Below are positions 9,946-20,155 of a stretch of DNA of 64,000 nt, one piece after another. Under the pieces are notes generated by a model. It worked only from the letters and a program-made list of their open reading frames with translations. It did not search any database and was not told the origin of the DNA. A program made the translations under genes and the position numbers. Source of the stretch: an uncultured candidate division Zixibacteria bacterium (GTDB lineage Bacteria; Zixibacteria; MSB-5A5; UBA10806); the NCBI GenBank assembly GCA_963801605.1, contig CAWDFP010000011.1, positions 1-64,000 of the forward strand. Direction: 5' to 3'. Every line of letters begins with the position of its first letter. The stretch's first letter is position 1.

Positions 9946-12900
9946 TTAGAATCCCGGCGTAATATTAAACTGCCAGAATGCGTTTTTTAACGGCCTATCC
10001 TGCGCTTTGACATAGTCAGCTTCTATAACCAGATAGCCCAAAATATTAAATCGCATCAAGGCGCCGTAACTTCGCACCGGCTTTCTGGTGCCGCCGCTCA
10101 TGAATGACGGTTTTATGCCCTTCTGCCAGGCTACGCCGGCATCGTAAAATATCCCCGTTTCTAACGGTAGAATTCCGTAATATCCGTTGCCAAGATGCAA
10201 GGCTCCGAACAGGGGGAAACGAAGCTCCAGATTTGCTACTGCCATCTTGCTTCCGAAAAGTTCGTTGAACACGTTATGCGCCGAATCAGCGGATAACTCA
10301 GCATCGGTAAATGATCCGGCGTCGTAACCTCGCACCAGATCCTGATACCCTATGAACAACGGTGTGAGCCTGTTATCCTCGGCGCCTGAGCCATATCGTC
10401 CATAGTGAAGAATCCGAAATGCCAGTGTGAACGGCCGAAGAGGCATAATATACTTACGATAATCGATATCGACACCCGTCAGGTTAATCGAGCCGATCAT
10501 CGGCATGGCCTCCAGATGAAACCGTTGTCCTATGACCGGGCTGGTCGCCCCCATGACTGAGTTATCGTATACAAATGCCGCGCTTCCGATTCCCAAATTT
10601 AATGGATTAATGCTGTGAATAGTGGTGGTTTGATCGGAGATTGTATTTCCGGATTGATCGAACGTGATATTTCGAATCTTTTGAGTGAAGCTTACATATT
10701 CGTATCCGGTTGATAAATCTATTCTCATAACCCGATTAAATGGGTAGGAGGTGATCCCGGCGATTTCGCGATTCATCTGGCGGAAACTTACATCCTCTTC
10801 AACCAGATTGCCGGAACTATCGATATATGCTCCCTGTTGAAATAGCGTATACGGCACCTGCTGCGCTTCCACACCCCAACTTGTCCGATGTCTGAAATTT
10901 TGATATGCGGCCAGCGCTCCAACGTCAGTAAAACCTCCATCGGTTTGAACCTGTAACGCTGTTACCAGGTTATCATTGCCCAGCATATCGCTCCAGAAAA
11001 GCGCCGCTCCGCCTCCAAGCTGCAGTCCAAGCGGATCAATTCCAGCCGCGAGATATGGCTGCCCTACATAATCGAGACCTAGTCTGGTGTGATAATTATG
11101 TATGGGAAATTCCTGGACTGGGGGAAGGCCGAATAATGGATCATTGAGAAGCGTGAGAAGCTCGCCCTGCGGCCGTGGCGATGGGGGCAGCATAGCAGGA
11201 TTTTTGGGGGCCATCACCGCTTTGGTCGAGTCGGCAGCCCTGGTGCTATCGGAAACTTGCGCCGTATCCTCCGGGGCCGTATATATGTAGCTGGCTTGCG
11301 AAAAATGAGCTATGGGGGTTGGATCAACTATCTTATTGGCGCTCACTGCATTTGCATTCTCTGGCATCGGTGGCCCCAGCTTTTCGCCCTGTAAGGTTTG
11401 AAGCGAATCCACGCGGTAAATATTAAACTTCGCATCTTCAAATGCGCTGAATACCAAACGATTCATACCCCGCGCGCTGGATATTGCCGGGCTTATTTCG
11501 GTGATACCGCTTACTCCCGTAAAAAGGCTGGTAATCTGATAAACTCCGCCCGCCATATCGGTTCGGTAAATATTGCTGATTCCATCTTGATCCGAGACGA
11601 AATAAAGATTGGTGCCGTCAGATGACCACTGCGGATCTATGTTTTTGCCTTTGGGAAATAGCGGTAAATGCGCGATATTCCCCGATTTTAAGTCCAGTAT
11701 GGCAATTTCATAATTTCCGGGAGCGAGATCCGATAAATCGGTAGAAAAACGGTCGGTCACAAACGCAATTTTACTGCCATCTGGCGACCAGGATGGTTGC
11801 AAATCAGCGTAGGCATCGTTGGTTATCCTATGAAGGCTGTCGGCTTGAATATCGTATGTGTAGAGATCGGTAAATCCACCCACCAGGGCCGAAAACGCGA
11901 TCTGCTTGCCATCGGGCGACCAGCTCGGGCCGTAAATCTCGCCCATATCTTTAAATACTTTTTCTTTAATCTTCTTATCACGCTTTACATCATAAATTGC
12001 CAGAGCCGGTTCATCTTTGACAACCGCCGAAAATACTATCTGCTTGCCATCGGGCGACCAGGAACCTGCCGAATAGATAAATTCCAGGCTTGAGAAGTGA
12101 GGATCGAGAGTTGTCGATGTTAGCTTGCGTTTGATCTTTCCCGTCTCGGCATCGGCGAGAAACAAATCAATTCCGAATAAGCTTTTCTCCGAATAGAAAA
12201 TCAAGCTCTTACCGTCCGGGCTTAAAACCGGTCCAACATTGATATTCCCCGAGCCTAATTTATGGCTGAGAATTTGCGTACCATAGTCCTTGGGCGCTTT
12301 GGTGGTTTTTGCCAGGGAATCGTATTCGGCATGAATAGCGTTATGCCAGTCGCGGGACAACGTGTCAGGAGTGATACCCAAAACAGACTTGATCGTACCG
12401 TTGATATCACCGGATGTCCCCGCCACATTTAGCATATCGCCGATTTTATCGTCGCCCCATCTGCCGGCGATATATGCCAGCAGCGCCTGCCCCCAGCGAT
12501 AAGGGAAATAATCCGGATTTTCGAGATTCCTTATGTTTGGCAGTTTCTTTTTGCTGATCATGGCATCCCTTAGATACATCGCCGTATTGGCATCATAAGG
12601 TCCGATCGATAGATACTCCGCCATACCCTCGATAAACCACAATGGCAGCTTCAGCACAGCCGAATTCTGCATGGCCCCGGCTCCGCCTCGTTCGCCTGTT
12701 AAATCATATTGGAAAGCATGTACCAACTCGTGTCCGATTACGTGATTGGTTTCCTTTAGCGGCCCCGCGAATGGAAGCACGATCCTGCGCTTCAAGGCTT
12801 CCGTTACGCCACCCGTTCCCTCACCCAAACCTGAAACCACATTAGTCTCAAAAAACTGAGGAGAGCTGGCATACAATATTAATGGCTGTTGGCCTCCAAG

Positions 12901-13155
12901 TTCATGACCGAGCATTCTGGAATGCCTTTCGTACCAGCGTTCCGCCATTCTGGCTGCGTCGGGTACGGCCTGTTCTTCCTTGGCGTAATAATAAATATTG
13001 AAATGCTTAGTCTTGAGTATTTTGAATTTGAAATTATTGTAGACTACATTGTTCTGTCCAAAATATTGGGCGGATACATTCTGGGATGATAATCCCACAA
13101 ATACCAGCAAAAATGCCGGCAATAACAGCTTGCCAAATGCTTTGCGCCTTATCAC
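9946..13155 (-). CDS. Omp85/BamA-family outer-membrane protein with N-terminal gluzincin-like and PD40/TolB-like propeller domains
   Basis: AGGAGG RBS plus GTG at 13155; signal peptide; HELVH..WFIEGMAEY; WSPDG repeats; VRGY and ELRFP barrel motifs; terminal Phe. Confidence 0.85.
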   Translation of the reverse strand: MIRRKAFGKLLLPAFLLVFVGLSSQNVSAQYFGQNNVVYNNFKFKILKTKHFNIYYYAKEEQAVPDAARMAERWYERHSRMLGHELGGQQPLILYASSPQFFETNVVSGLGEGTGGVTEALKRRIVLPFAGPLKETNHVIGHELVHAFQYDLTGERGGAGAMQNSAVLKLPLWFIEGMAEYLSIGPYDANTAMYLRDAMISKKKLPNIRNLENPDYFPYRWGQALLAYIAGRWGDDKIGDMLNVAGTSGDINGTIKSVLGITPDTLSRDWHNAIHAEYDSLAKTTKAPKDYGTQILSHKLGSGNINVGPVLSPDGKSLIFYSEKSLFGIDLFLADAETGKIKRKLTSTTLDPHFSSLEFIYSAGSWSPDGKQIVFSAVVKDEPALAIYDVKRDKKIKEKVFKDMGEIYGPSWSPDGKQIAFSALVGGFTDLYTYDIQADSLHRITNDAYADLQPSWSPDGSKIAFVTDRFSTDLSDLAPGNYEIAILDLKSGNIAHLPLFPKGKNIDPQWSSDGTNLYFVSDQDGISNIYRTDMAGGVYQITSLFTGVSGITEISPAISSARGMNRLVFSAFEDAKFNIYRVDSLQTLQGEKLGPPMPENANAVSANKIVDPTPIAHFSQASYIYTAPEDTAQVSDSTRAADSTKAVMAPKNPAMLPPSPRPQGELLTLLNDPLFGLPPVQEFPIHNYHTRLGLDYVGQPYLAAGIDPLGLQLGGGAALFWSDMLGNDNLVTALQVQTDGGFTDVGALAAYQNFRHRTSWGVEAQQVPYTLFQQGAYIDSSGNLVEEDVSFRQMNREIAGITSYPFNRVMRIDLSTGYEYVSFTQKIRNITFDQSGNTISDQTTTIHSINPLNLGIGSAAFVYDNSVMGATSPVIGQRFHLEAMPMIGSINLTGVDIDYRKYIMPLRPFTLAFRILHYGRYGSGAEDNRLTPLFIGYQDLVRGYDAGSFTDAELSADSAHNVFNELFGSKMAVANLELRFPLFGALHLGNGYYGILPLETGIFYDAGVAWQKGIKPSFMSGGTRKPVRSYGALMRFNILGYLVIEADYVKAQDRPLKNAFWQFNITPGF

Positions 13156-13267
13156 GAGATCCTCCTGATTATTCCTTATACTCATTTCGAAAACCTATAT
13201 AAACCACTCCCGGTTTCCATTATTAAAATAAAATGTATTCTTTTTTCCATGCCGTCCAATCGGATAC

Positions 13268-13413
13268 GGTGGGTCATTGCGGGGTTCGGTCCTGCGGACC
13301 GAACCGTGGCGATCTCTTGATCAATGAATCTACTGAAATTGCTTGTATTTACGAGAGATCGCCAACGCTTTCCCGGCCTTTGATGGCCGGAAAAGCGCCC
13401 GCAATGACCCACC
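13268..13413. repeat. Nested palindromic element (gtcattgcg...cgcaatgac family)
   Basis: Perfect 16-bp terminal inverted repeat ggtgggtcattgcggg with internal hairpins; relatives at ~44364 and 45124-45237. Confidence 0.75.
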
Positions 13414-13571
13414 TAATCCAGATCTCAGAACAATCTGATTGCGAGCGAAATAATGTCATTCTTGGGGATATACTTTGCTTTGGACCTCTTTAGACAAAAT
13501 GAAAACCCCCGCCGATTCACTTGGGACCAACGGGGGCAAAAACACTTTTATAGTGTCTGGTCTAAATTGGA

Positions 13572-14027
13572 TTAGGCTTTGGCCTTGGCGTTATTTTTCG
13601 CCGATGCTGGATAGTATTTGTCATAATCGATTTTGCCGAGGCTCATACCTGACAACTCTTTTACCACTTTCTTGCGAAGGTCATCAAAGAACGGTGTGGC
13701 GGCGCATTGACCCTTCTTGTGCGAGCCGGTTCTTTCCTGCTCGGACATGTTGCAGAATGCCAGAGACAGCGGCCCTTCGATAGCCTCGACGATTTCAAGG
13801 AAGGTGATCTCGTTACGGGGACGAGCTAAGCGGTAACCGCCGTGAATTCCTTTCACGCTGTTGAGGAAACCTTTCTGCGTGAGTTCTTTGAGGATTTTTG
13901 CCAGATACTCTCTGGGTATATTTTCGGCTTCGGCTATTCCATCGATAGTGCAGAGGCGCTTGCCATTGATAGAGCCGATATAGAGCATGGCATGAAGAGC
14001 ATAGTCTGCTTTGTTAGATACTTTCAT
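13572..14027 (-). CDS. Rrf2 family transcriptional regulator
   Basis: K.DYAL..M, YLAKIL..L, SVKGIHGGYRLAR, IVEAIEG. Confidence 0.93.
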   Translation of the reverse strand: MKVSNKADYALHAMLYIGSINGKRLCTIDGIAEAENIPREYLAKILKELTQKGFLNSVKGIHGGYRLARPRNEITFLEIVEAIEGPLSLAFCNMSEQERTGSHKKGQCAATPFFDDLRKKVVKELSGMSLGKIDYDKYYPASAKNNAKAKA

Positions 14028-14499
14028 GTTTCCCTCGAATTAAATGTTTTTTAGTTTTTCCATAAGGATATCCCCGGGCACGCGAGTATATCCTTGCTTC
14101 CTATCTTCTCTCATCCATATTTTAATGAAACTTAGAGCAATGAGTCAACTAAAAAGTTTAAATTATTCAATGAAATGCATTTTTTTAAATAATTTACATA
14201 ATTTTAATGTTACCGCTATGATTCCCGATCTCGCTAAGTATCGATTTTATTGCAAGTCATTAAATGTCATATTGTTCGAAAGAAAGGCGGGTATCTACGA
14301 GGCCGAAACACCCCAATTTTGCCATCGGATGTAACATCTGGCGGTTTTCTTCAGGGCTATTGTTACCATTTTAATGAATTTCATTGGGTCGGCGGCGTCG
14401 GATTTTCCCCCCGATGGCTATAAAATCAATCTGGAAATTTTCGTATAGTTATGCTTTAATATTTACTAATAAACTGTCTTTTACGGGATAGGGAGGATT

Positions 14500-16053
14500 A
14501 TGAAATTTACGGGCATTGGGGCCATAATAATTATAAGCGCGCAAATTTCGGTGGCTGCCGGATGGCAGGAAAATCTTGATTCGCTCCTCACTGCTGGCAC
14601 GAGCGCCCGTCAGGATACGCTTATTGAATCAATAGTTCGAGCCAAACCCGATTGGCATGACCTGATTAATCAGATTCAATCACAAACATTCCCCGAGGTT
14701 ACCAGGGGGCAAATGCTTCTCGGTCAGATTATGGGCATCGATGGTGTTACCCGCCCCTGGGTTATTTACGTACCATCGACCTACAATCCAAAAACCTCAA
14801 CGCCGCTCATGGTTTCCCTACATGGTGGGGTATCGCGGGTCCAACTGATTGAGAATCCAATTGATTGGGCATCGAAAAATCCTATGAAAGCTTTTGGCGA
14901 AAAATACGGATGGCTGGTGCTATTTCCTTTCGGGCAGGCCGGCGCTACCTGGTGGGATGATGTTGGCATGTCAAATATCCGGGAACTGGTGCGGATCGCC
15001 AAGGAGCAGTATAACGTTGACGATGACCGAGTTTATCTGGGTGGCTTCTCCGATGGCGCCTCCGCGGCTTTTCTATTCGCTATGACCCAGCCAAACGATT
15101 TTGCCGCCTTCGTGGCTTTAAATGGCCACATGGGAGTGGGCAGTGAGGATGGCAATCTTCCCACTTATGCCGCCAATTTCTACAATACTCCCATCTATGC
15201 CGTAACGACTGATAAGGACCAACTCTACCCATCGGCTGAAATGCAAACTCTGATCGACATGGCTCGTAATGCCGGAGGCGATATCCTCTACCGCCAGCTC
15301 GAGGGCGACCATAGCTTTTCTTATGCTGACCAGGAGATTCCCTTAATCGCCGAGTTTTTAGATCGCCATCCGCGCGACCCGTTTCCCACCCGAATAAACT
15401 GGGAAACTGCCATTAAAGGCTTCGGCCAGTGCCGCTGGTTTGCCATTGATGAGATCACGGCCGATGATCCCGCTCCCTGGTATAAAGATTATAACGCGGC
15501 TTTGGTTGACAGCACTATCTCTATCGGTTTTGTGCCCGATGATACCTTTAGCGCCCCCGGCGTAAAAGTTGCCGCGCTTGTCGATGGTGACTACCTGGCC
15601 CGCCGAATTGGCCTCCAGCCGGGAGATATCATCGTCAAGGCAAATGATATTAATATCGCAAATATGGATAATCTGGGGGCATTCAAAACCACCATCAGAC
15701 GAGGAGACCCTGTTAGCATCCTTATCAAGCGCGGCCAGAATGAAATACTGCTTAAAGGCCGAATGCCGGCCAACAGGAATTATTTTGTATTCAAACGGGA
15801 GCAGCCATCCGCCGTAGCTAAGGTCTCCTTTTCGGCCAATCGGATTGACCTCGAAACCTCGCGAGTGGGAGCCTTCAGGGTATTCATTCATCCGGCGATG
15901 ATAAACCTGAATCAGAATCTGATTATAAACGTCAATGGTAACAAGGTCTTCGACAAGCGCGTCGAACCGGACTTGCGCTACTTATTGCGAGACTATCTCG
16001 ATTCCCGCGACCGCAAAGTTATCTATATAAATGAGGTGGCTATTAAGCTGTAG
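14500..16053 (+). CDS. Secreted alpha/beta-hydrolase (esterase) with inserted PDZ domain
   Basis: Signal peptide, LHGG, GFSDG nucleophile elbow, GDH; GLQPGDIIVKAND PDZ signature. Confidence 0.8.
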   Translation: MKFTGIGAIIIISAQISVAAGWQENLDSLLTAGTSARQDTLIESIVRAKPDWHDLINQIQSQTFPEVTRGQMLLGQIMGIDGVTRPWVIYVPSTYNPKTSTPLMVSLHGGVSRVQLIENPIDWASKNPMKAFGEKYGWLVLFPFGQAGATWWDDVGMSNIRELVRIAKEQYNVDDDRVYLGGFSDGASAAFLFAMTQPNDFAAFVALNGHMGVGSEDGNLPTYAANFYNTPIYAVTTDKDQLYPSAEMQTLIDMARNAGGDILYRQLEGDHSFSYADQEIPLIAEFLDRHPRDPFPTRINWETAIKGFGQCRWFAIDEITADDPAPWYKDYNAALVDSTISIGFVPDDTFSAPGVKVAALVDGDYLARRIGLQPGDIIVKANDINIANMDNLGAFKTTIRRGDPVSILIKRGQNEILLKGRMPANRNYFVFKREQPSAVAKVSFSANRIDLETSRVGAFRVFIHPAMINLNQNLIINVNGNKVFDKRVEPDLRYLLRDYLDSRDRKVIYINEVAIKL

Positions 16054-16069
16054 AAACCGTAGGTCACGC

Positions 16070-16489
16070 CGCCTGCGGCCCGACTCATTTATTTGTGGAT
16101 GGTGTACGTCCTCGTGCACCATCCAAATGCTTCCCATCGGACAGCGGACTCCCTCGTCTGCCGCCGATTGCTCATCAATGTTCATCCCCACGCCTGCGGC
16201 CTGACTCATTTATTTGTGGATGGTGTACGTCCTCGTGCACCATCCAAATGCTCCCATCGGGCAACAGACTCCCTCGTCTGCCGCCGATAGCTCATCAATG
16301 TTCATCCCCACGCCTGCGGCCTGACTCATTTATTTGTGGATGGTGTACGTCCTCGTGCACCATCCAAATGCTTCCCATCGGGCAGCAGACTCCCTCGTCT
16401 GCCGCCGATAGCTCATCAATGTTCATCCCCACGCCTGCGGCCTGACTCATTTATTTGTGGATGGTGTACGTCCTCGTGCACCATCCAAA
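16070..16489. repeat. Tandem array of ~121-bp palindrome-containing units (3.5 copies; BIME/REP-like)
   Basis: Units start at 16070, 16191, 16311 and 16432; each full unit has hairpins tggatggtgtacg/cgtgcaccatcca and cagac/gtctg-type. Confidence 0.9.
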
Positions 16490-16522
16490 ACCTACAACCG
16501 ACAGCACTATATTAGAAGAGTC

Positions 16523-16551
16523 TTGAATCTCCACCCTCCATTCGCTATAAT
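16523..16551 (+). promoter_or_regulatory. Sigma70-type promoter
   Basis: TTGAAT-N17-TATAAT upstream of the M16 operon. Confidence 0.55.
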
Positions 16552-16614
16552 GCTTCTCATTATGATGATTATAAAATCAAACAACTCCGCCCGGTCCGGG
16601 TGGATTGGAGGCAA

Positions 16615-18168
16615 ATGATGAGAAAATACCTAATCGTCCTGGCCTGCCTGCTGCTTCCCTTTGAGGTCCAGGCTAAACAGGGCGACATTCAAATCAACGC
16701 TAAAACGCATACCTTTCCCAACGGCCTGCAATTGATCGTTGTAGAGCGCGACTGGTCGCCAACTGCAGCTTTCGTGGTGCGTTTCAAAGTCGGTTCGTCT
16801 GATGAGCGCCCCGGGATCACCGGCAGCGCCCATCTCTTAGAGCACATGCTCTTCAAGGGCACCAAAGATCTCGGCACCAGCGATTATAATGCGGAAATTC
16901 CGCTCATGGCCAAAATCGATACTCTGGCGCACGAGCTAACCGCCGCCATCGACAAAACCAGGAATCCCCTCTACCGCGGCGATATGAAAGAGGTTGATTC
17001 CCTCAAGGCTGCCCTGGCTGATATTCAAAACCAGGAGAAAAAATATATCATTAAAGATGAAATCTGGGAAACTTATCTTAAAAATGGCGGCAGTTCCCTT
17101 AACGCCTCCACCAGTAATGATGGCACCCAGTATTTTGTCTCGCTGCCTGCCAATCGTACCGAACTTTGGGCTTACATGGAATCCGACAGAATGGCAGGCC
17201 CGGTGCTGCGCGAATTCTATTCCGAACGCGATGTGGTCTATGAGGAACGCCGTCTGCGCACCGATAACGACCCCGGCGGCAAGCTCGAAGAGCAGCTTTC
17301 GGCCGCGGCCTTTACCGCCAGCCCGTATGGATGGCCTGTGGTAGGTTGGGCGTCCGATCTTGAAACGGTAACTCGCGAGCAGGTCGATAATTTCTTCCAT
17401 CAGTATTATGCGCCTAACAATGTTGTCCTCGCCGTTGTGGGGGATGTCAAATTCGATGATATGGTTAAGCTCATCGGCAATTATTTCAATTCCATACCGC
17501 CTTCGAAAACTCCTCCGCCTCTGGTTCAAACTATGGAACCGGAGCAAAAAGGCGAACGCCGCCTTAGTGTAGAGTATGACGCTAATCCCCAGATGGTTAT
17601 CGGATGGCACATGCCCGCCGGCGGCGGAATCGATCAACCGGTTTACGATATCATTTCGAGCCTTTTAAGCCGCGGACGAACCAGCCGGCTCTACAAGGCT
17701 CTCGTTGAGGAAAAGCAAATCGCAAGCTCGGTCTACGCCGGCTCCGATTTCGCCCGTTTCCCCAGCCTCTTTACAATCTGGGCAACGCCCAAAGCGCCCC
17801 ATACGCTCGACGAAGTCGAAACGGCCATCTACGATGAAATCGCTAAGCTTCAGAAGGACGGCCCGACCACCTGGGAATTGGAGCGTACGCGCAATCAAAT
17901 CGAATCCGATTATATCCGCGGTATGCAGTCCAATCTGGGCATGGCTTTCCGGCTTTCGGATATGCAGGCTCTCACGGGTGATTGGAATTATGTCAACAAG
18001 ATCAAGGAACTTCGCGAAAAAGTAACCGCTGATGATGTCAAGCGGGTGTTATCTCAAAACTTTACCAAAAATAATCGGACTGTTGCCTTCCTGGTTCGAC
18101 CGGAGAATCAAGATTCAACCAAGCAAGCGGTCATGACTCCTGATCCGAAGAAAGGGAACGCCCAATGA
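16615..18168 (+). CDS. M16B zinc peptidase, catalytic subunit
   Basis: Signal peptide, HLLEHMLFKG, NAST, ERDVVYEERR. Confidence 0.92.
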   Translation: MMRKYLIVLACLLLPFEVQAKQGDIQINAKTHTFPNGLQLIVVERDWSPTAAFVVRFKVGSSDERPGITGSAHLLEHMLFKGTKDLGTSDYNAEIPLMAKIDTLAHELTAAIDKTRNPLYRGDMKEVDSLKAALADIQNQEKKYIIKDEIWETYLKNGGSSLNASTSNDGTQYFVSLPANRTELWAYMESDRMAGPVLREFYSERDVVYEERRLRTDNDPGGKLEEQLSAAAFTASPYGWPVVGWASDLETVTREQVDNFFHQYYAPNNVVLAVVGDVKFDDMVKLIGNYFNSIPPSKTPPPLVQTMEPEQKGERRLSVEYDANPQMVIGWHMPAGGGIDQPVYDIISSLLSRGRTSRLYKALVEEKQIASSVYAGSDFARFPSLFTIWATPKAPHTLDEVETAIYDEIAKLQKDGPTTWELERTRNQIESDYIRGMQSNLGMAFRLSDMQALTGDWNYVNKIKELREKVTADDVKRVLSQNFTKNNRTVAFLVRPENQDSTKQAVMTPDPKKGNAQ

Positions 18169-19607
18169 AGAAAACACTTTTAATATTTATATTGGGGATA
18201 TTTGTCATATCCAGTGCCCAGGACGCTGTTTCTCCGGCGTCCAAAGTAATTGGCAATATGAAATTTCCGGAACTAAACTGGAAAGTCCCCGAAGTTGGTA
18301 AGGATGTTACCCGCACGGTGCTTCCCAACGGCATTATATTATATCTGAAAGAAGATCATACACTTCCCCAGGTAAACGCCCACGCGCTAATCAGAACCGG
18401 CTCCATTTACGATTCCAAAGATAACATGGATGTAGCCGATATCACCGGCTCAGTTATGAGATCAGGCGGCACCAAATCATTTTCGCCCGATTCCCTCAAC
18501 ACGATTCTTGAATTCATCGCCGGCTCCGTCGAAAGCGGAATCGGTACCGAATCCGGATCGGTATCGATGTCAGTCATGTCCAAAGACCTCGATATCGGTC
18601 TCAAGATATTTAATGAAGTTATGCGTTACCCTCGGTTCGATACAGCCAAACTCGCGCTTGAGAAATCACAAATAAAAGAGGATATCCGGCGCAGAAATGA
18701 TCGTCCCGGCGGCATCATCTGGCGCGAATTCGCCCACACCATTTATGGCGATCATCCCTATGGCCGAATCCTCGAATGGAATAATGTCAAAAACATCACC
18801 CGCGACCAACTGGTCAGCTATCACGATAAATATTTTTATCCCAATAATACCATGATAGCGCTCTCCGGCGACTTCAATACCAGGGATATGATCAAGAAAC
18901 TGGATAAACTCTTTTCCGATTGGAAAAAAGACGAGATACAATTCCCCCCGATCCCCGCAGTCGATTACACCATGAAACCCGGTGTCTATGTCATCGATAA
19001 AAAGCTTACCCAGGCCAATATCAGCGTGGGCCAGCTTGGAATCAAACGCGATAACCCCGATCGTTACGCCATCGCCCTGATGAATTTCACCCTTGGCGGC
19101 GGAAGCTTCACCTCCCGTTTGACATCCCGCGTCCGCTCCGATGAGGGACTGGCTTATTCGGTCGGTTCGAGTTTCAATATCGGCAGCCGCGACTATGGCA
19201 CCTTTGCGGCTTATGCTCAAACCAAGACTGCCTCGGCCTACCGAGTGCTTGAGATCTTCATGCAGGAGTTCAAGAAAATCAGAGAGGAATTGGCCACTGA
19301 ACAGGAATTCGCTACTGCTCGTGATGCTTATATCAACAACTTCGTCTTCCAGTTTGATTCGCCCGACGAGATTGTAGATCGCCTCATGTCGCTGGAATTT
19401 GACGGTTATCCTCTCGATTATTATCAAAAGTATCTCCAAAACATTCGCGCCGTCACCAGAGAAGATATGAAGCGTGTCGCCGAAAAATACCTTAAGCCCG
19501 ATCAAATGACCATCATGGTTTTGGCCGATACCACCAAAATCGTCGGCGATTTGAAAGATTTTGGCGCTGTGCAAAATATCAAACTCGAAGAACCTAAGGT
19601 AGAGTGA
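18165..19607 (+). CDS. M16B peptidase, non-catalytic partner subunit
   Basis: No HxxEH; LGGGSFTSRL..RVRSDEGLAY; ATGA overlap with the upstream gene. Confidence 0.9.
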   Translation: MKKTLLIFILGIFVISSAQDAVSPASKVIGNMKFPELNWKVPEVGKDVTRTVLPNGIILYLKEDHTLPQVNAHALIRTGSIYDSKDNMDVADITGSVMRSGGTKSFSPDSLNTILEFIAGSVESGIGTESGSVSMSVMSKDLDIGLKIFNEVMRYPRFDTAKLALEKSQIKEDIRRRNDRPGGIIWREFAHTIYGDHPYGRILEWNNVKNITRDQLVSYHDKYFYPNNTMIALSGDFNTRDMIKKLDKLFSDWKKDEIQFPPIPAVDYTMKPGVYVIDKKLTQANISVGQLGIKRDNPDRYAIALMNFTLGGGSFTSRLTSRVRSDEGLAYSVGSSFNIGSRDYGTFAAYAQTKTASAYRVLEIFMQEFKKIREELATEQEFATARDAYINNFVFQFDSPDEIVDRLMSLEFDGYPLDYYQKYLQNIRAVTREDMKRVAEKYLKPDQMTIMVLADTTKIVGDLKDFGAVQNIKLEEPKVE

Positions 19608-20155
19608 GCGTCGAGGAACACAAACTTGTAGAGGCGCGCCTGCACCGTTATTGTCCCTGGTGCGCCTCTTCTCTTATTAAAAAGCACTACGATGGCCATG
19701 AACGCCTGGTCTGTCCCAATTGCGATTTTATCTGGTATCGCAATCCGATACCTGCCTCCGGAGCGATACTTCAAAAGGATGGGGACATCCTGCTCGTCAA
19801 ACGCAAATTTCCGCCGCGTGTCGGAGACTGGTGTTTTCCCGCCGGATTTATGGAATATGATGAATCTCCCGTCGAATGCTGTATCCGCGAACTAAAAGAA
19901 GAGACTGGCCTGGATATCAAAATCACTCGTCTTTTTTGGAATTATGCCGGCCATGACGATCCTCGCTCGAACGCCGTTCTATTGATGTATCTCGCGGAAA
20001 TAGTTGGCGGTATTCTAATGGCCGGTGACGATGCTCTGGATGCCCGTTATTTTGATCTCGATAATATCCCGTCAAATATTGCCTTTCAGGCGCATCGCGA
20101 GGCTATCGCCGATTATCGCCGCTATTTGGAAACTGGCCATTTCCCTGGAGAATGA
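19604..20155 (+). CDS. NUDIX hydrolase with N-terminal zinc ribbon
   Basis: CPWC/CPNC; Nudix box GFMEYDESPVECCIRELKEETG. Confidence 0.92.
   Translation: MSVEEHKLVEARLHRYCPWCASSLIKKHYDGHERLVCPNCDFIWYRNPIPASGAILQKDGDILLVKRKFPPRVGDWCFPAGFMEYDESPVECCIRELKEETGLDIKITRLFWNYAGHDDPRSNAVLLMYLAEIVGGILMAGDDALDARYFDLDNIPSNIAFQAHREAIADYRRYLETGHFPGE

Noticed and set aside
15982..16445. Repeat-derived ORFs across the tandem array
   Set aside because: Their frames shift with unit-length indels, so they are by-products of the repeat.
16070..16489. CRISPR array
   Set aside because: The intervening sequences are near-identical rather than unique spacers, the period is 121 bp, and no cas genes are present.
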